NCBI GenBank assembly: GCA_002633005.1
Contig: NMRA01000157.1
Span: 549,501-613,500, forward strand
From: Phoronis australis
Taxonomy: Eukaryota; Animalia; Phoronida
Direction of reading: 5' to 3'
DNA length: 64,000 nucleotides
This document shows, piece after piece, positions 63,301-64,000 of the stretch (position 1 is its first letter; the number at the start of each line of letters is the position of its first letter). Both the position numbers and the translations under genes were made by a program. The notes below the pieces were generated by a model. That model saw only the letters and a list, made by a program, of their open reading frames with translations. It was not told the DNA's origin and searched no databases.

Positions 63301-63392
63301 TTTACAGAGTCAGAAAACAACAATACAATGAACAGAGAGTAATTTACACTTACTTTGTCACCATTACACGAGAACTCAAAATTCAGTTTATT
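251..63392 (-). CDS. Giant non-classical cadherin, multi-exon, partial at both ends; at least 32 EC repeats (CDHR/PCDH15/Cad89D-like N-terminus, Fat-like length)
   Basis: 54 exons with AG/GT ends and compatible phases give a 9612-nt open frame. LDRE/LDYE, AxDxD and DxNDNxPxF motifs recur, and 31 inter-repeat linkers can be counted. No start codon, TM segment or stop lies in the window. Confidence 0.95.
588..740 (-). CDS. cadherin exon 53 (polybasic insert)
   Basis: (G)FFSIQNSTGKVFCVKQLDRETVSSYTLKVRAERVVTRRRRAVARKLRAVE; phase 1-1. Confidence 0.9.
1446..1580. repeat. 21-bp tandem repeat spanning the exon 52 donor
   Basis: about 6 copies of catttccatagttacccaatt. Confidence 0.92.
1566..1737 (-). 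CDS. cadherin exon 52
   Basis: VKITVKRTSKVPVFDKPTY...YTIVSGNEL(G); donor lies inside the 21-bp repeat. Confidence 0.85.
2245..2390 (-). CDS. cadherin exon 51
   Basis: (D)DPNNGLFGVNSTGAITV...YNLTVMAEDNYSPSSNDTTM; gtgagt donor. Confidence 0.9.
3526..3789 (-). CDS. cadherin exon 50
   Basis: SVGYVRTQNSLDYEKQ...DMNDTPPKF...LKFTVI; gtaagc donor. Confidence 0.92.
4256..4358 (-). CDS. cadherin exon 49
   Basis: VTTVFANDTDSGINGKVLYSIEGAASNMFYVVNK. Confidence 0.9.
5150..5293 (-). CDS. cadherin exon 48
   Basis: VADQGQPSRNSTTRLTLTVDDINDNAPQY...ENQPPGIL. Confidence 0.92.
5584..5681 (-). CDS. cadherin exon 47
   Basis: (G)AGVVDVNRTTGEVFIDGLLDRENVSSYNMIVT; an in-frame CAG 6 nt inside the exon is a possible alternative acceptor. 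Confidence 0.88.
7123..7288 (-). CDS. cadherin exon 46
   Basis: VTVTVDDVNDHAPVF...DDDVGVNSQLVYSLE. Confidence 0.92.
7362..7632. repeat. 40-bp minisatellite
   Basis: about 7 copies of gtacataataggcacatgtgcttagagtagcaccacatat. Confidence 0.92.
7719..7776. repeat. 16-bp tandem repeat
   Basis: taatcaataatgcctt x about 3.5. Confidence 0.8.
8137..8244 (-). CDS. cadherin exon 45
   Basis: GNITTAKRLDRELVDKYTFTVRAVDGRIPERTAYAV. Confidence 0.92.
9579..10264 (-). CDS. cadherin exon 44 (686 nt, about 2 repeats)
   Basis: PFAVDKAGWLTVRSALNRE...DINDEHPKF...EINDDTPKF...MHDKS. Confidence 0.94.
10407..10536. repeat. 13-bp minisatellite
   Basis: tgtatagagtcac / tgtatacagtcac x about 10. Confidence 0.92.
10719..11006 (-). 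CDS. cadherin exon 43
   Basis: EIFTTGGLDRETEPYYLLNVSAQDRG...DINDNVPTF... Confidence 0.92.
11501..11753 (-). CDS. cadherin exon 42
   Basis: IVATDALGKGLNATANLSISLTDINDKKPHF...FYIDRVS. Confidence 0.92.
12038..12166. repeat. about 33-bp degenerate tandem repeat
   Basis: ccttacttgtaattgtattagtcatataaatga x 3-4. Confidence 0.75.
12574..12756 (-). CDS. cadherin exon 41
   Basis: DPPIKVTDRDTGTNEQFRYTL...ALDREKQNSYFLQ. Confidence 0.92.
13971..14090 (-). CDS. cadherin exon 40
   Basis: GTCEVVITVLDVNDNAPEFAASNYLGSVAEHSTDGAAVLV. Confidence 0.92.
14421..14519 (-). CDS. cadherin exon 39
   Basis: DGKITSVGKLNREETSEYVIIVTAKDKGVPFRQ. Confidence 0.9.
14512..14700. repeat. about 63-bp tandem triplication of the exon 39 acceptor
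   Basis: ttaccatcctgtcaaacaaagagtg at about 14512, 14575 and 14638. Confidence 0.8.
14812..15184. repeat. 39-bp minisatellite
   Basis: tgcatcgtgaacagtgccaggtttataatgcttgtattatct-like unit x about 9.5. Confidence 0.93.
15329..15544 (-). other. second copy of exon 38, probable allelic/assembly duplicate
   Basis: Near-identical to 15622-15837 with two synonymous differences; junction is the single N at 15548; no intact acceptor tract upstream. Confidence 0.7.
15622..15837 (-). CDS. cadherin exon 38
   Basis: VNLYITLVDVNDNDPVFAQSVYYFNVSEND...ATDKDRGSNGEIEYRL...FNISQ. Confidence 0.9.
16650..16840 (+). mobile_element. tRNA-headed SINE-like element with 3' hammerhead motif (copy 1)
   Basis: A-box-like tagtggctagagtgc and B-box-like agttcaactc; body homologous to 56539-56735; ends cat-CTGAAGA...GAAA-ca-TC-atg. 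Confidence 0.6.
16936..17054 (-). CDS. cadherin exon 37
   Basis: (G)MFEIDSGTGVVKLAKRLDITKQEHYNLTLWASDGQLNSS. Confidence 0.92.
17724..17913 (-). CDS. cadherin exon 36
   Basis: VVIYVDDINDNPPVFKEPQY...ATDGD...DPN. Confidence 0.92.
18877..19005 (-). CDS. cadherin exon 35
   Basis: AALKVVKELDREKGLEYSNGSAVFRVTVQVRDHGTPIRTSTTV; fills the gap in the repeat register. Confidence 0.9.
20357..20481 (-). CDS. cadherin exon 34
   Basis: GASLSLVVNITATDADVGTNSELSFSILGDDHFNISSSGNT. Confidence 0.9.
20945..21035 (-). CDS. cadherin exon 33
   Basis: VSCQVNVTVTDVNDNAPSFTASSYQGRVLE. Confidence 0.92.
21491..21618 (-). CDS. cadherin exon 32
   Basis: (G)NQDGHFGINNNTGDLYVVTSLDRETKEQFLLTVLASDSALNN. Confidence 0.92.
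21930..22980 (+). repeat. degenerate about 145-bp tandem-unit interspersed repeat ending in (CAGA)n
   Basis: 7 units, each with a gccactagggg-like box, most followed by (cc)aaattt; related pieces at 35730-36480 and 63850-64000. Confidence 0.7.
23461..23551 (-). CDS. cadherin exon 31
   Basis: DIQLKVPFTRLHATDVDLVDQGLITYSIIE. Confidence 0.9.
24053..24172 (-). CDS. cadherin exon 30
   Basis: INVSDGNYPGSNTSVRILVQDVNDNAPVFNSSVYYINVTE. Confidence 0.92.
24355..24486 (-). CDS. cadherin exon 29
   Basis: LTYSIVRDDSNVSFAINNQGQITIKNPLDHETMPVNLSSIYTLE. Confidence 0.92.
24995..25135 (-). CDS. cadherin exon 28
   Basis: VYVFISDVNDNAPRF...TAVDPDEKSE. Confidence 0.92.
25920..26027 (-). CDS. cadherin exon 27
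   Basis: GLITLSKPLDREDIAKQSLLVTAYGRGSSNELLSAE; weak gttggg donor. Confidence 0.85.
26884..28197 (-). CDS. cadherin exon 26 (1314 nt, about 4 repeats)
   Basis: LTVSDVDS...DVNDNPPRF...NASNLHAPRF...DYNDNAPEF...PGPYQPRF...YAIDSQ. Confidence 0.95.
28897..29211 (-). CDS. cadherin exon 25
   Basis: VYASDKDSGALG...ARDGGTPP...DKNDKAPSF...LVVQ. Confidence 0.94.
29849..30075 (-). CDS. cadherin exon 24
   Basis: (A)LRIELTTGNLFTAAILDYEK...DVNDNSPMF...LIQ. Confidence 0.92.
30314..30495 (-). CDS. cadherin exon 23
   Basis: (S)SAQVNVRVTDINDSPPEF...; the phase of the upstream exon requires this phase-2 acceptor. Confidence 0.9.
31203..31327 (-). CDS. cadherin exon 22
   Basis: VPFAVDAVTGEITVSKPLDFEKSSDYSFRVIASDHGHPPLS. 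Confidence 0.92.
32795..32916 (-). CDS. cadherin exon 21
   Basis: SYTVNVLESANVNDSVIASMNVTDVDSGENGRVTFSIDDQ. Confidence 0.92.
33284..33374 (-). CDS. cadherin exon 20
   Basis: VTAADRSLNSTASVNITVIDVNDNPPVFQR. Confidence 0.92.
34197..34344 (-). CDS. cadherin exon 19
   Basis: VIATDSDSNAEIRYTI...LDYEKGDTGFIIQ. Confidence 0.92.
34680..34780. repeat. short purine-rich tandem repeat
   Basis: aaaagaggaaattgcaa-like unit x about 5. Confidence 0.65.
34891..34979 (-). CDS. cadherin exon 18
   Basis: DINDNPPLFTQNLYHAQVKENHNIGFSII. Confidence 0.92.
35203..35439 (-). CDS. cadherin exon 17
   Basis: VTDADDGENGVVKYALTSGN...LDHE...VTVNVK. Confidence 0.92.
35730..36480 (+). repeat. older copy of the ccaaattt / ccactagggg repeat family
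   Basis: aaatttcatcaaaa, ccaacagggggtgcca and related boxes recur. Confidence 0.5.
37056..37308 (-). CDS. cadherin exon 16
   Basis: AKEFFEIDSGTG...LLDRE...DINDNGP...LLKIE. Confidence 0.92.
38488..38675 (-). CDS. cadherin exon 15
   Basis: SENAILNVTILDVNDNVPQF...AEDSDMGDNSKIIYSIASS. Confidence 0.92.
39221..39421. repeat. 68-bp tandem repeat x3
   Basis: tatctacatagtctg at 39231, 39299 and 39367. Confidence 0.93.
40036..40129 (-). CDS. cadherin exon 14
   Basis: ALTGVVETVQLLDREEKAFYSLAIGVSDGQF. Confidence 0.9.
40600..40673 (-). CDS. cadherin exon 13
   Basis: ATDLDSDAVLKYSLVSGGNGAFKV(N). Confidence 0.9.
41018..41053 (-). ncRNA. minimal type I hammerhead ribozyme motif
   Basis: agc CTGAAGA T GAGAT atgt GTCTC GAAA TA TC ct; intact core, stem I missing one base. 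Confidence 0.65.
41153..42735. mobile_element. non-autonomous TIR DNA transposon nested between the inverted arms (superfamily unassigned)
   Basis: 36-bp TIR atgtgacccaccaccacaaaatgagtcttaagtcgg / ccgacttaagactcattttgtcgtggtgggtcacat; CpG-rich interior. Confidence 0.8.
42834..42869 (+). ncRNA. minimal type I hammerhead ribozyme motif
   Basis: agc TTGAAGA T GAGAT atgt GTCTT GAAA TA TC gct; C3>T, stem I agc/gct intact. Confidence 0.6.
43055..43255. repeat. polypurine (GGGA)n-rich microsatellite
   Basis: ggagggagggagg... tract. Confidence 0.9.
43443..43569 (-). CDS. cadherin exon 12
   Basis: RTSVVVTINVTDVNNNPPHFIPPSPVNLPEMTPMGTFVQQLT. Confidence 0.9.
43845..44215. repeat. 39-42-bp minisatellite abutting the exon 11 donor
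   Basis: tactggtaaacatagtatccaactactactataactac x about 9. Confidence 0.9.
44218..44423 (-). CDS. cadherin exon 11
   Basis: VYANDSDSAENGQVMYRI...YTLTVMAEDKAVDLSQR. Confidence 0.92.
45018..45130. repeat. 33-bp tandem repeat x3
   Basis: ttggaccgatatacaagctgtctagacacagca-like unit. Confidence 0.8.
45565..46208. repeat. 46-bp minisatellite, 14 copies
   Basis: aaaaacatgacataaccactgstatgcccttggattgktgataatt; exact 46-bp period. Confidence 0.97.
46272..46375. repeat. 13-bp tandem repeat
   Basis: cattacactggac x about 8. Confidence 0.85.
46580..46741 (-). CDS. cadherin exon 10
   Basis: VYAVEINSAQNFSSAYSTVNVTLRDVNDNNPIF...PLGK. Confidence 0.92.
47401..47535 (-). CDS. cadherin exon 9
   Basis: GVNAMFEYRISPPSDTFTINRQTGFIQVKNPAKLDFESRHSLQFQ. 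Confidence 0.92.
47894..48070 (-). CDS. cadherin exon 8
   Basis: AVQTNAPLSRLAVAILQIVVKDANDHVPVM...SATDGDE. Confidence 0.92.
48520..49147. repeat. 313-bp direct duplication across an N (likely assembly overlap)
   Basis: 48520-48832 matches 48834-49147; N at 48833. Confidence 0.85.
49458..49897. mobile_element. Tc1/mariner-type MITE
   Basis: TA-tagggtgtcccaaaaa ... tttttgggacaacctg-TA; a lone similar TIR lies at about 5420. Confidence 0.75.
50933..50965 (-). other. candidate alternative 33-nt micro-exon (AVQTTSDSELT)
   Basis: ttgttgtattaacttacag|GCTGTGCAGACG...CTGACA|gtatgt; phase 0-0; begins like exon 8. Confidence 0.4.
52189..52289 (-). CDS. cadherin exon 7
   Basis: GSELFVINSSSGEVALRQVLDREQTDEYTLKIK. 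Confidence 0.92.
52597..52702 (-). CDS. cadherin exon 6
   Basis: NNTAAINKPVSTQPPIHAYDLDFGINQTVEYSLEG. Confidence 0.9.
53059..53619. mobile_element. PIF/Harbinger-type MITE
   Basis: TAA target-site duplication; about 43-bp TIR gggctgttccagcaaaatctgtgtgggagggggggg / ccccccctcccatacagattttactggaacagccc. Confidence 0.85.
55553..55925 (+). pseudogene. KolX-like / P2X7 C-terminal ballast-like Zn-binding protein relic
   Basis: GYQFELEYT...WCQSANY..MET...CVYCHEI...CLTDHPDF resembles YxFEP..WCxCxNC..M.T..ECxCCxE..CIT.HP.F; several Cys lost; stop at 55610; N at 55878. Confidence 0.72.
56020..56373 (-). pseudogene. THAP zinc-finger N-terminus of a Kolobok transposase, truncated
   Basis: MVWCIIPAC...SFFRFP...EW...VCGRHF...DF...RLK, frameshifted before the P.LF box; no DDE core. 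Confidence 0.85.
56539..56735 (+). mobile_element. tRNA-headed SINE-like element with decayed 3' hammerhead motif (copy 2)
   Basis: gtggtctagtagttagagtgctggac...gaggtcacaaatttcaatctc head; body and tail align to 16650-16840. Confidence 0.6.
56826..56933 (-). CDS. cadherin exon 5
   Basis: DNALKNVSTTLTVYLSDGDDQNPAFTQTQYTWEVLE. Confidence 0.92.
58462..58760 (+). pseudogene. second THAP-domain transposase relic
   Basis: MPHCCCVPGC...LHHFPKDDTL*RTWLIRMKN...YKAVEDYRVCGKHFLPSDY (frameshift) ...RLKKGAIPSL. Confidence 0.85.
59732..59845 (-). CDS. cadherin exon 4
   Basis: DAHGAPFGHGEAVKYIVVNGLLDYDNGPKSYVLSITAW. Confidence 0.88.
60021..60110 (-). CDS. cadherin exon 3
   Basis: LTPDGEIIYDLSGKAVDSDFGKDEVIRFSL. 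Confidence 0.88.
60408..61519. mobile_element. pogo/Tc2-type non-autonomous DNA transposon
   Basis: TA target-site duplication; TIR ccgtactcgtctgagttactgcc / ggcggtaagccggacgagaacgg; subterminal ggtaagccgagca repeats. Confidence 0.78.
61718..61801 (-). CDS. cadherin exon 2
   Basis: RDLTVTVNNVDDELPVFLNPPYNVTVSE. Confidence 0.88.
62043..62092. repeat. (TA)n/(TATATG)n microsatellite
   Basis: direct reading. Confidence 0.95.
62118..62155 (-). ncRNA. variant minimal hammerhead motif in the PLE tail
   Basis: ctg TTGACGA A GGAAGT catt ATATCC GAAA AT TT cag. Confidence 0.5.
63118..63155 (+). ncRNA. variant minimal hammerhead motif in the PLE tail
   Basis: ctg TTGAAGA A GGATGT catt ATATCC GAAA AT TT cag; stems I and II pair, palindromic AATT stem III. 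Confidence 0.55.
63354..63392 (-). CDS. cadherin exon 1 in window (end of putative EC1)
   Basis: ctttcag|NKLNFEFSCNGDK|gtaagt; phase 0-0; Cys in the F strand as in CDHR-type first repeats. Confidence 0.7.
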
Positions 63393-63849
63393 CTGAAAGG
63401 TATAAGAAACGTGACACCAGTGACACAACAAAACACAAATTCATTAAAAATAATGACAAATTAACATACAAGAGCAATGCAGAGCGTTGAAATGCGCCCA
63501 CAATTGCACCGTATACGGTATCCTTCCAGGGTTGTTTATTGGTACCATAAAGTGGCCAGTAGAGGGCATATATGTAGTATGTTGTGCTTTGCAAAATGGA
63601 AAGGCATGGTCATTGTCTCGTCAATAGGCTAGGGGCAAAATGAGTGATCTTCATAATACAAGCACATCCTATACATCGGTTGCTTTTAACACCACAGAAA
63701 CATAGAATTAAAAACAAATTTACCAACATACGAGATTAGCATAGCATTAGAATGCCAGAAACAAATTTCTACTTGGAACTTTTCCTTCATAGTCAAGAAG
63801 TAACACAAAGTATACACCTGAAGACCTATGAAAATACAGAGGTCAATGT

Positions 63850-64000
63850 AAAATACTAAAATTGCCACTAGAGGCATACCAGTAGTCAGAATCATCCTAA
63901 AGTCGTCATCGTCCGTTGTCAACATCACATAAATACACTTGCTAAATTTAGTAAAGATCCTGCAAACGGTTTGGGAGATACAGCCATGGGCGCAAAAAAA
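63850..64000 (+). repeat. start of another copy of the 21930-22980 repeat family
   Basis: aaaattgccactagaggc...aaatacacttgctaaattt...gatcctgca matches 22372-22495. Confidence 0.7.

Overview
AT-rich animal genomic DNA, probably a marine invertebrate (inferred from composition and repeat types). The whole window lies inside one minus-strand gene. I traced 54 GT-AG exons by hand (63392 down to 251). Their phases join into one open frame of 9612 nt (~3204 aa), running from the end of the putative first cadherin repeat (EC1) into EC32 of a giant non-classical cadherin. The N-terminus is CDHR/PCDH15/Cad89D-like, the ectodomain is Fat-sized, several linkers lack the Ca2+ motifs, and EC31 carries a polybasic furin-like insert. 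Start, transmembrane and cytoplasmic parts are outside the window. The introns contain a deleted Kolobok transposon (THAP gene plus KolX/P2X7-ballast-like gene), a second THAP relic, Harbinger, mariner and pogo-type MITEs, and many minisatellites, several seeded at splice sites. They also contain an inverted Penelope-like GIY-YIG remnant, a second inverted pair with a nested DNA element, and two copies of a tRNA-headed SINE; all three of these retroelement types carry minimal hammerhead-ribozyme motifs. Two apparent duplications abut single Ns and look like assembly or haplotype artefacts. All coordinates were read by eye, and no database searches were run.
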